From positions 92,628,001 through 92,692,000 of the forward strand of contig OZ296649.1 in the NCBI GenBank assembly GCA_965655095.1: 64,000 nucleotides of DNA, written 5' to 3'. Source of the DNA: Haplodiscus bocki. Its lineage: Eukaryota. Below the pieces are notes generated by a model, which saw only the letters and a program-made list of their open reading frames with translations, did no database searches and was not told the DNA's origin. Position 1 is the stretch's first letter. Each line of letters starts with the position of its first letter. The position numbers and the translations under genes were made by a program. This document shows positions 25,101 through 37,100 of the stretch, piece after piece.

Positions 25101-28100
25101 CGGCACCGCCGCAAAATATACAAGGGAGGATCCTCTTTTGGGTATCATAAAGTTCTATGATCCATGGGGTATCATAAAATTGGCGGGAGGAGGGATTGAA
25201 AAACTAGAACTAGACGTTTTTTTTTTTGAAAAAATAGGACTTGCGTAGTCTCGAACCGGCCTCAAAACCTTTTGTTCTATCCTCTTGGCCAACAGGCCGA
25301 TGTAGCAGAGAAATCAGAGGGTAGTAGAACCATAGCAATACATAATACACCCAAAATCAGACGTTTTTGGTAAAACCATAGAAATAGCGAAAACTTCCAG
25401 AAATGCCCGAAAAAATGGACTTACCTAGTCTTGAACCCCTATCTATTGATTAAGGATCTTTTAGTCCTACCCGGGGTTTTCTAAAGAGCCAATCACTTTG
25501 GGTTGGGAGTTTAAAATTTTAGTAGAAATTCGTTGATTTCGATAGTCTTGAAAAAAAGTTACTGTAATAACAAGGCGCTTTTTGCTTTTTTTTCAGAAGG
25601 CGCTGTCTGATAAAGGAATAAAAAACTACGAATAGTCTTTTTAGAGACTATTCTGTTCTCTGTTGAAGGCAATCAAAAAACCATAAACTATTTTTTTATA
25701 ACTTCTGTTTTAGAAAATTGTTTTCAACGTTAACAAATACCATATAGGAGATCAAACTCCCTTTGCTGAAATTTTAATACGCAGTAGTTCAAAATGCAGT
25801 AGCAGTAAGCAGAAAGAAAGTGATTTATGTGTGAGGAACCTGTGTGACAAGTTCTTTGATGTTCTCTTTCTCGTTGATGTCGAAACCGGCTATTTTCTCT
25901 GCCTCCACTGCAACTGCTTCAAATCTGGATTCTGGCTTCTTTTGTTTCTGAGTGAAAGGTGCTCCGGCAGCATTGGCACAAGACAAGTGATCCTCCACGA
26001 CCTCGTCACACCGATTCCAATGTACTGCCAACTGAACTGGATCTCGTCTCCTCGCTGGTCCACTCTTCAAAAGTGCTCGCATTATTGCGACATCTGAAGA
26101 AGAGTGATAAGTATGTCATCGATGAAAATTGAAACTTTCTCGAATCGATTTTACGTTAATTGGTCGGTGAAGCTGTCATCGAAGTTTTTCTGTTTTCAGC
26201 ATTTTATTCGCTCGCGCCTTTTTGTTGACAAGCCAATTTGATGATACATTGAACGGATATTTTTCGTCTGGGTTTGAGCAACATGTTATCCGATTCTAAT
26301 TATTTTCGCCCATATTTATAATATGGAAAGAAAAGCTTTCTCACCGCATGCGTTCTGACGTTTATTTGTCAATTGCCCGATTCTGGCAAAATACAAAAAT
26401 TGCACGATTTCGAATTTGATTTTTTTTTTGTCACCAAATGATCGTAAATTTGCCGTAAGAAACCAAATTAAATACGCTCGAACGATTTCAAATACGCACC
26501 AAATTTGGTTATTTTTTCAAGGAAATGTTTTTTTTTTCGAAAAAACATGGTTTTTCAAAATCGGTAACGGTGATAAATTTGCCGTAGAATGCGTATCAAT
26601 TCAAATTTATTCTTGAAAATGTCTTTTCACCTTAGTTATGAGGTTTGTTTGCCGAGAAGGTAGAATTTTTTCAACTTGGAAAGACTAGAAAATTTCTTGA
26701 AAGAGTATTTATCAGAATAAAGGCTTTCAACCTTCTAAAAAGCTTTTTCTCAAAAGTTTGAGGGCGGAAAACATGCCGGTGGTAGCCAGGTTTCTTGTTA
26801 TAATAGCCATCTAAAGATAGCTGTGAAATGATTCGCGCTGTTTTAGCTTCAAGACTTATATGAGTTTAACCAATCCGGGAAAAACTGATTTTTGGAGCAT
26901 CCACGACCTTATTATGAGTACGACGAATGCATTGATTGGGAAAAACACACCCTTGAGCTGAAATAGTTGTGCATATCGCTCGTATTTCCACACCTCCTTG
27001 ACAGTTTACGATGTCTATCGATGTGGACATTGTGCAGAAATGAAGGTCACTGGATAAGGAGCTTTTCATTATTTGTTCAGGGTTTAATCGGATTAACTAG
27101 AAGATTGGAGTTCTCAAGTCTACTTACCCAAATGACTCACAGACAAATCCACTCTGTAGAAGAATACAAGCTTTCGATATCTCACACATTTGCGCAGAAA
27201 CGGCAGGTGCCGGGACCCTTCAAACATGACAGCTGGAAATATCTTGCCTTTGACTGGCTTGGGGCTGAAATCATTTCAACGTCAGCTGGATTGTCATGTT
27301 TATCTTTTTCGAGGAAGACAAAGCATATGCAAAATAAGAATGTGTATCCTCTCTGTCCCCTTAAAATAGGATTGAATGAAAAGGTCTTTCAATTTTAAAT
27401 ATGCATCAATTTTCCATAAAGCACTGTTTAGCAACCTTAGATGTAGATGGTGTTCCATTATTTTGACCAGAGAAGACTCCTGATCTGCATTTATCAATTT
27501 TAAATATGCATCAATTTTCCATAAAACACTGTTTAGCAACCTTAGATGGTGTTCCATTATTTTGACCAGAGAAGACTCCTGATCTGCATTTAGTTTGTAG
27601 TTGCTGTTTTTCTGAGATAGCCGTATTGCAACTGCAATAATGTCTGTCGCCATTCCCGTACCCTCGCACAGAATGATGGGAATGTCTCTCTCCACCGCAT
27701 TTGCAGCTCTCTCAAAAGTGTCAAAATCTCCGCCAATGAGAATCAAGACTGTAGGAATGTTCAAACCCACCCCATTGAAGTGAGTTGAGTCAGAGGGGTC
27801 ACTTTGAATGAGCTCCTCAAGGGCACTTCGCACAAACACTTCCGTACCTTTGCTGGCGTGGATTCCACTCTCAACTCCAACAAAATACGAACAGATGGGA
27901 TTGAACGCCGGAAATCGTTCGCCTTTAACAAATTCAGATTTAGAATCAAATTAAAGCGCGTGGTGAACGAAAACAAAAACACGATTTTATGATAATTGTA
28001 TCGATATTTCACTGATAGACACAGTTTAAAACTGATTTTAAACATTTTGGTAGTCAGACACAATTCTCCTAAAAAGCTAAATGTGCTGTATAACATGTTG

Positions 28101-31100
28101 GACGGTGAAATCGTGAGAAGAGACGGAATGAAGAAGCTAAAATGTTTGTTGGCAATTGTGAAGACCCAGGAATGCGAAAGGTGATGATGTGGAAAAATGA
28201 ATAGGGAAGTTGGAAGTCTAAAGTAATGGATTTATGTAAGTTTAAATATGAAAGTATTTCAAAGGGAGCAAATATTAAAGGAAAGTGGAACAAAATATAG
28301 AAAATTTGGGTTTAAATAATTCAACTCGAATGAACTCTACGCGAGTTTTGATAACATCTAATCAAGCTGTCTTGGAAGTGCAGAAGTGAAACTAACTAGA
28401 TCTTCAAATTAGGGTATTATGTTAAGATTTATTTTGGCTTAAACAGCGGGTAACCAAAAAAATTCATGTTCTAAAAAGTATTTAATTAAGATGAACGGAA
28501 TTTTAATTGAACCCTTTTGGAAAAAGTAGTTATATCAGATAAGTACCCTCGCTATTTAAAAAAACGCTTTCTGAAAAAACTTACAAATGAAACATGCAGC
28601 TTATGTTACCTTTTTTCAGTCGTTTCAGTGTAGCTGCAAAATGCAGAATTAAACAAAATAGGTAATAAAATTCTGGGTGTCGGTTTTCATAACAATATTA
28701 AAAATGATCTCTAAGCTTCCAAAATCAAAAGTGTTTCTTACATCCTTGGGGCTAATTTTCATCAGTTCCAGAATTCTCAAGATGATCGATTTTTCTCTCA
28801 AATGTGAAAGCATTTACTGTTCAAACAATAAGGTTAAATTTGTACACCTTCAGGGGCGACAGGGCAAAAAGCCTGCGAATCGATCTGGCATGAACTTCGT
28901 CTTAAACCTTTTCTCCGAACAACTAAAGACATCAAAATTGTTTTATGACTTCTCGTTTTTCTTGAAGTTCAAAGTTGGAAATGCCCAGAAAGTGTTGAGA
29001 CACGCTCGACCTTTGCTTGAACCACAAACCTCAAATTTGCCAGTATCAGAACTATTTGTTATGTCATCTGCTCACAATTCGAGACTTGCGGCAACTCCAG
29101 TTGAATCTCCCGAGGTTTTTGAATCAAGCAGCTCCACTAGCTACTTGAAAAATCAACTGAACTTCTTATCTTCAGCTTTTTTACTTTCAAGTAAAAAAGC
29201 TAAGAATGGCGAGAGTTGGCGCCGCCGATAAGTCTCGAAATAGTTCTATGAAGAGGCCTTTACGACTTTGAAGGTTGTCAGATTAGTCAACTAAGAAACA
29301 TCGAGATGATTGCAGGAGATGGTTCGACATGTTGGACAGCGTTTTTCAGTTTGCCGTCCCTCACCGAAAGTAAAATAATCATGAGGAATTTATCCAAATT
29401 TGTGTGCGTAAACGTTCTGAACCTGAGCAAAGCATTGAATTGATCGTACTAATTCTTTTTGTTAGTATTGCTGGTTTGTATTGTATTCATTGGTATTGTA
29501 TCATTGATTATTTATTTGTCCATGAATAATTGATTTTATGGTGCGCCAGAGTTTTCGAAGTTTAAAACTCGGCTGGCTTCGTTACTTTAAATTCAATTTT
29601 GATTGAAGAAAACACTTTTCAACCCTGAGAAACTATATTGAGAGGGAAATGAAAACAAGACGCCCGTTAAACTCTGGGATATTTTCCGCATTTCAATTTA
29701 GGGAAGAAATCTTAAACACGAGCGATTCGAATGAAGGAATGTCTGAAAAATAAGCAAAATTTTTCGATTTTCCTATTTTGTTTTCAGAAACCCAAGTTCT
29801 GGCTAGAAAAACTATTTTTTGAGAAAGACTACCGTATTGGACGAATTCTACGACCAATTTGGAAAAAATAACGAAGTGAACATTTTCAGCGTGGTTTTTT
29901 GTTTTATCGTCTAATTGGCACTTTTCATGTGAAAAAACAATGCTGATAAAATGAGTTTCCATCCATACATTGAATATGAGAAGCGAATTAATCAGAATAA
30001 TTATAGGCGAAGCCAGTACTGCGCCTGGGGTTGGAGTGCATGCGCCTGATAAATCGAGAGCGTTCCAAATGCTTCTCAGAGAAGGCTCGCTCCTCCAGCC
30101 GTTTAATTCTAGCTGAAAGAAGTTATACAAAGAAAGTTATCACGAGAAAATTTTTTTTGTCATTCCTGAACAGTCAACCCAATGGATAGATTATTGCCAA
30201 ACGCAACTTGATACCATTAGAATCAGGGTGTGGAAAAGAGCGGAAGTGACTTATGACGAAATATTGATAGCTGAGAAACATCGGCTTTCGGTTAATAGAC
30301 AATAATCTCAGAGAAAAACTTTTCAACAAACTTTTAGCTTCCCAAAGAAATTTGACAATCTGTCGGAAGCAGCAGGATTACATTAGACCTCATTGTTGAA
30401 GCTTCCACGGTTCTGAGGCACTGTTCAGATGTATTAGAATTGCAAAATTACCAATCTAGTAATGAAAGTTTCCCACATTTCAGGCAGTCGCGGCGGAAAT
30501 TTTCGACAAGGTGAAAAAATTTCGAATACTTTCTTCCGCGACATTTTGTCTCCGAGTATTCCCAAGTCAATTCAGCAAAAGCTAACTCAATAGGTACCTT
30601 GGGCGCTGAGACTTGATGCTTCTTAACAAAATATTTGGTCGACGTCACAAAATCTGCAGAAAATAGTTCGAAAACAACATGGATGCGAAGTGCTTCCAGC
30701 TAGCTAGACAGGTAAAGATCAGAACACTCACTAGAGATGAACGCTGCACGTATTCAACGCTCCGCTTTGGTCAAATCTGTCGCCCTGATTCAAATGTACA
30801 CTTGGCGAAACTGTAGATCTTCCTGGTAGTTATTGCAGTCATTTCCCATAAGAAGAAATGTAGCTTCTCCAAAACACGCTGACTAGCAGTGTCCTTGGGC
30901 CTGGCGTTTGAAAGTCACAATAACTTCCATGGAACAATAGGGATACCACACGGAAGCTTGAACGTTTTCACGAAGAAATATGATTTTCCGACAGTTTTTT
31001 CTACTAAACTTTCTGCATAAGTACACTTACACTTTCCAATTCAATTCAAGCTCCACCAATTCTTCTAGACCGCTTTTTTGGGACAGCTTTCTATTCATTT

Positions 31101-34100
31101 GAAAAGTTGTCAACTTAAACTTGAGAATTTGTCCGGAAAATGAGTTTGAAACGTGACTATAACGATCTTTTTTCGCCGATTAACTCCCTCACACGCGATA
31201 TTTTCGTCTCGCGTGCTTTAACCAACGTACCAAAAAGTAAGTTTTCCCAGGTTTCAATGTGGTAAAGAAACTGAGAAACGGAATCTCTAGTTTTTCGGCA
31301 AAATTTTTCGCTGAAACACTCCCGAAAAAAAAACTGAGGCACCATGAAGTCTACTTGACCACTGACATTTAATCAACCAGTATTTTAAACGAATCAACGT
31401 TTTTTCACGCCATGCAGCTTGTGATATTGCCGGGAAACGTGATATTTTTTTAAAGTTTTTGGAATTAATTTCCCACTGAGACTCCACTGGAAAATTTTCT
31501 CAAACCTTCAGAGAAGCCTACAACTTTGCATTGGCACCAATTCCAGTGATATACGGACCCATCCTATCGTATGCACATGGTGGCGATGCTAGTCAAGCTC
31601 GTCAGTTTGCCGTACATTGTTTCGACGTTTTTCATGTTTTTTTCTCGCTGACGAATTCTCGGCAAAAAATTTTCAAACGCGGAATTTTTGGGACATGGTA
31701 ATTTCCAACCTTGCTATAGAGATTTTTGAAAAACTAAAACGCTCCAACCAATATGCTCTAAAATATAACGGTTGAAAATCAAGTAATGCAGAGGGCATGT
31801 CAGAAAGTGAACAAAATCTCAATGGGCAAAATGTGTCTGAAGAAAAAGAAAAACGACACTAGCCATTGAATAGTTCTCCTTTCCCAATGTAAAATATGGA
31901 GGCGAAAAATTTTGAAAGAGTTGAAAGTTGAGACGATTACAACGACGGAGAACGCGCCCCAGGGCTGTATTGTCCTAAATGACGGAAATATTAACTGGCA
32001 ATTGGCCAACAATAATTCAGGTGTCTTGGAGGACATCAAAAATGTTGTTATATGCTATTTAAGGTATTAGGACTCAGAAACAAAATAACTACAGGTTTAC
32101 CTTCCGTCGTGATGTATTACGTTAGCGAACCTTTCATTCAGTAGGTTGATTTTTTGTCCGGATTTTTCCAATCCGGAATGAACATGTTGGTTTTTTTGAG
32201 AAAAATTTTCAAAAAGTTCCAAAGGACTTACCGAATTGAGTTTCGACAATCCCAATGAGAAATCTTGATCCAAAAAACTTCCGCTCAAGGTCCAAAAAAA
32301 CTTATAATTTCATAATTTTCCTCATAAACTATAAATTTTCCTGCAAAAAAATCCTCTGGACACGTAGAATGCAGTGTTGACAACCTTGTCGAAAAATACT
32401 TTCCAAAATTCCAAGATGATTCAAACGTTTCTTACGTTTTTTTAGAAAAATTTCCCTCCGCAAAACAATCCTTTTGAACTCTTAGAGCACAGTTTTGACA
32501 AAACAGCGCAAATTTTTTCGCCAAAAATCAGAAAAATTTTTAAAGTCCGAAACTATTTCAATACATTAGATTTTACAAAATGTTAGTTTTACTTGAAAAA
32601 ATTCCTCTAGACACGTAGAATTTACTTCTGACAACCCTGTTGAAAATTTTTCCGTGAGAGTTCGAAAGTTTTTCGCTTCTTTTCTGGAAAAAACTTTATT
32701 TTTTTTGAAAACTTTTATCACAAGAAAATATTCTGGACAGGTAGGATGCAGTTTTGACAAGCCTGCCAACATTCTTCCGCAAAAGATCTGAAACGTTTTT
32801 GCTCATTGTCCCAGACTGAATTCTGAATTTAGAAATTGTCTCACAAAATTTAACTTCTGAAAACGTTGGAAGCAGTTTTGAAAACCCTGGCTGAATCATT
32901 TAGCTAGAAGTCTCAAAGACGTTTGCTCAAATGCCGTTTGTTCAAAAAAACGTTTTCTAGGTATATTTTTCTGGACGTTCAGAATGAAGTTTTGACAATT
33001 CTATGGAAAACTTATCTCGAAGTCCCAAAAATCTTTCGCACAAAGTCCCAAATGATGTCAGAATTTTATCTTTTCTTCTCAGTGTTTTTCGTTCGAAAAT
33101 TGTTCGTGTGAACGAGCAGGATGCAGTTCTGACAAAACTACCGAAAATTTCTCTCTAGAAGTACCTTTCCTTTGGTTACCGTCAGATAAATTTACGAGAG
33201 TTTTCTCATGAGAGAGACTTTAAACCCGAACGCAATTAGGTCAGTTCTACATAAGTTGTCCTTTTATAAGACGATCTCATCAGAATATAGGGCTCAAGTT
33301 TCCCAGAACTGTGCACAAATTTAACGGAAAAACAATGTTCTGTCATGTACTTTTGTTTGGTAGGGGACTGAGGCTATTATCTGATGTCTTTTCTGCGGGA
33401 GAATCTTCAAAGTCGAGCTAACTTTGTCAAATTGCAAACGAAGTTCGCCATAATGTAGTTCAATCAATTTTTCCTCATTTGGCGCTTCAATTTGCCTAAT
33501 TTTGCACGAGCTGAAGAACAGGGCACTTTCCTATTACACACTCACTTTTAGTTGAGGTCTGACATTCTTTCGATGTTTTTGTTTGCGTTAGCAACTTGAA
33601 TCCAGCTAACTTTGGCCAATTTAGCGAAAAGTTTATTACAGATCGTTTATTCCCGCAGATAATGCTTCAAATTGCCTGATTTTTGCACAGGTTTACTGAA
33701 GAGACTCTGTTGTATGACATACAAATTTTTGTTTGCGGTCTGATATCTTTTCGAAGGCATCGTTTGCAGCAAAACCATGAAAACCAAAAAAACTCTGTTG
33801 ACCAAACAGTCATTTTGTCGGCGTTTCACATCCAGGACTCCAAACTGCCAAAGTTTTACACAGGCCCAAAAGAAAAGCTCTGTTCTATCACAAACCAACT
33901 TTCAGTTGTAGTCGGAGAGTTTTTCGATGCTATCTGCAAAGGAAACATAAAAATCGAGCTAATTTTCTCAAATTGGGCACCATAAATCTCACATTATAAA
34001 GCATTTGTTCCCTTCGAAGGGCTCCAGTTTGCCCTAATTTTGCTCAAACACACAGAAAAAACTCCATATTATCACAAACTGTGTTTCGGCGGTTCTGCGA

Positions 34101-37100
34101 CATTTTTTGTTGCTTTTTGCGGGGAATTTTGAAAATCGAGATATTTTCAAACTGTTTGTCAAAAAAATAAAACAGTCAATTGTTTCCAACTGACTGTCTC
34201 GGAAATTATTCAGTTCTAGACAACCGTTGCCAGAAGAATTTTTCTGTAACACAATAAACTCCAATTGCGGTGCGACAATTTTTAGATCTGTTTTTTTTCT
34301 GCGACATTTTCTTGAAATTCTAGCTCTTTTGAGTCCTTCGATGTTTTTGGGACAATCCAGTTTTCGATTTCGATACCTAAATTTTCGATTTTATTTAGGT
34401 TTTGAAAGACCGTAACTAGAATATTTCAAATCGGTCTGATAGCTTCTTGAATTGCGTTGACTAAGTTCTTCGATCGGCTTTTTTCCGTTTTATTTCACGA
34501 ACAGATCTTTGTCATTGCACTTTCACATTTTTTGTCCCTTGTGTTTGAAAAAAATGCGGGAAAACGCTTTCGTTTGCCATAGCATCGATGGAAATCGCAG
34601 AATAAAAATCTAGTACATTTTGGAAACTGAGAGGAGAATTTTTGTTGGGTTTTTTCGAAGAGTCTCGAAACTCTAGCCTATTTTGTTCCTGTTTCAATAT
34701 ACTTAGTTTCGTCCTTCATGTTTTTTAGCGAGCAAAAGAAACATGCTAGGTTTTAGCTATGAGTTAAGAGTACTTTATTTTCGAAGGACTCTGTGGAACT
34801 AATGAGGGGGGGTTTGTTTGTTGTAAAAACAATTCGGCCCACGCTGAATCGCACCTGTACGGCAGTTACATTAGGGCTTAGTATTAAAAAAATCTTGTCC
34901 CACTTTTTTCACCACTACAGCATCCCAACATAGTTGGTTAGAAATTCAATTAATTTCGAAAAGAAAAGTGAATTATTATACTGTCATTTTATCCAAATTC
35001 CGTTTTAATCTCTTCCGAATTGTATCTACTGAAGTTGAATTTTTCAAATTTACCGACATCAGTTGACACAAACTCTTCTGCTAAATGAAAGCAGTACTTG
35101 ATATATACTTTGCATCTTATACCTATCCTTGGCTGAACGGCACAAGTTTGGTTGATTTTTTATCCAGGTAATGCTCCACTTGAGACACAATGTCTCATTA
35201 GTTATTTGAAGGCATCATTAGCATCTCAATCAGTATCCTTAACTAATTGTTCTCTTTCAGATGTCATTCTGCTGTTGAATGCTCCTCTGTACGTTCTGGT
35301 ATTTGATGTCCGAGTCAAACAATTAAAAAAAAACGAGTTGAGTCCCTTGTTTGTTAGAGACTGTTTGCGGTGAAAGTTCATTTCTTTTCTCGTTGATTCT
35401 TTATAGCGGCAAACAGCCATCTTTTGCTGAGATGTCATTCGCACAAATCTCTTTCGAATGTTTCGAATTGAAAAAAAAATTAAAGATTTTTTGGAATTCA
35501 AACGTACTTTTTGCTGCTGGGCTGAATTTTGATGTGAAAAAATAGGAGCTCAAAAATGAGTGGAAAATCTAGAACAGTTTGCTTGGAATTTTCATAGATT
35601 TGTGTACCAGATTGAGTCAGAAAAGTGCTTTTTGATGCTGATTTGAATTTTTCTATACAATTGTTCGAATAACACTTTTTAGAAAGAACGATGGACGTCT
35701 CAACTGATTAACAGAAATTGAAGTCTTATTGTGTGCTCTTGGAATTAATTGACCAATTTTTATGAGTACAGCCGATGGTTCACCTGTGAAAAAAAAACTA
35801 ACGACGAAGTTTGAAGTTGCAACCCAGTCTCAGTATGTTTCCTAAAAATGAAGATCGTACGAGAAAACTTTCGCTTGCAAAGTGTTTTCCAATCATTGAT
35901 TAAAAACAAGCTCTCTAGATGGCTTTCGTTGATTGAGAAATAATGGCGTTTTCGGGTTGTGAGTCGCAGTTGGCCAAACACAATCCAGTTTCCGCCTCGA
36001 ATTTGAATATCGTGCATCCAACACTTTTGCGGCTCCACCAAAATATGGAAGTCTCGATACATGAAGTTAGACTCGCTATGTCTCAACAAGTGTAGCCTCA
36101 ATACTCGCGGCGGTTGGTGGTCTGCTAGGGACCTAGAGTGTACTTGTTGGAAGATTCCTTCCACAATTGCATGGCAATTTTTCTTGTGTTTGAATGCATT
36201 ATGATTGCTTTACATGGAAACTGATCTCACGCTGTCTCTGGTTCTTAAGGTCAACTGAATTTTTTTTCTGGATCCACTTTGAAATTTAATTGAAAGTAAG
36301 ATGTTCATTTGTCGACACAGGCAAGGGGATTAGTCTGGAGTGATCAAATTGATTCATTGCTCACTCGCCCATGGTGTTTCGGTTTGTTCAAAATTACGGT
36401 GTTTTTGTGGAAGTCTGGGCAGGAAATCACCTTTTCACCAACCCAAAGGGATCAAGATACTTCAAAGATTCATAAAGAGAAACAGATAGGTGGATTATTA
36501 GATAGATAGTTGGTTAGATGGGTTTAAGGATGGGTGTGAGATCAAGTAGAACGAGACCAGCGCACTTGTGAAACTCTTTACGGACCAATGTTGCTCAATT
36601 GTCCAGCTGATGTACTCGTTTTTTCCTTCCTGCATTGCTTAATTTGAAGGGAGAAAGAGACAAGGCCTTTGCATGTGATTTAAGAGAGAACGAAATAATC
36701 ATATTAAATATTCTGGTTCTGAGATTGTTTTAGCATACCTTAGGCATCTAAATACAGAAAGATTGATGGAATATATCTAGCGTAGGCATCCATTATCAGA
36801 CTCTTGGGTTGTTTTGACTTGCACTATTTGACATCATAGCGATGGATTGGTGGACTATACTTAGTAAAGGCATGTTTAATTAGAAATTTGGAATAAATTG
36901 ACCTGCAGTAGTTATCCATTTTCTGAATGATCCATAGAACTTATCTAGCATAAGCATACATATCTGGACTCTTAGGTTCTTTTGGCACAACTTACACCTC
37001 TGTATATTGAAAGATCGGAGGCATATACCCAGCGTAGGCATCAATATTAGAACCCCGTACCTGTTTTGGCGTACTTAATTATCTCTCTGGAGAAAAATTG

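Noticed and set aside
25232-25306. Functional tRNA gene
   Set aside because: A and B boxes are present, but no convincing acceptor or anticodon stems; it is embedded in a repeat.
35940-36180. MULE transposase C-terminal fragment (NLNIVHPTLLRL)
   Set aside because: Only one short, weak motif; not enough to call.
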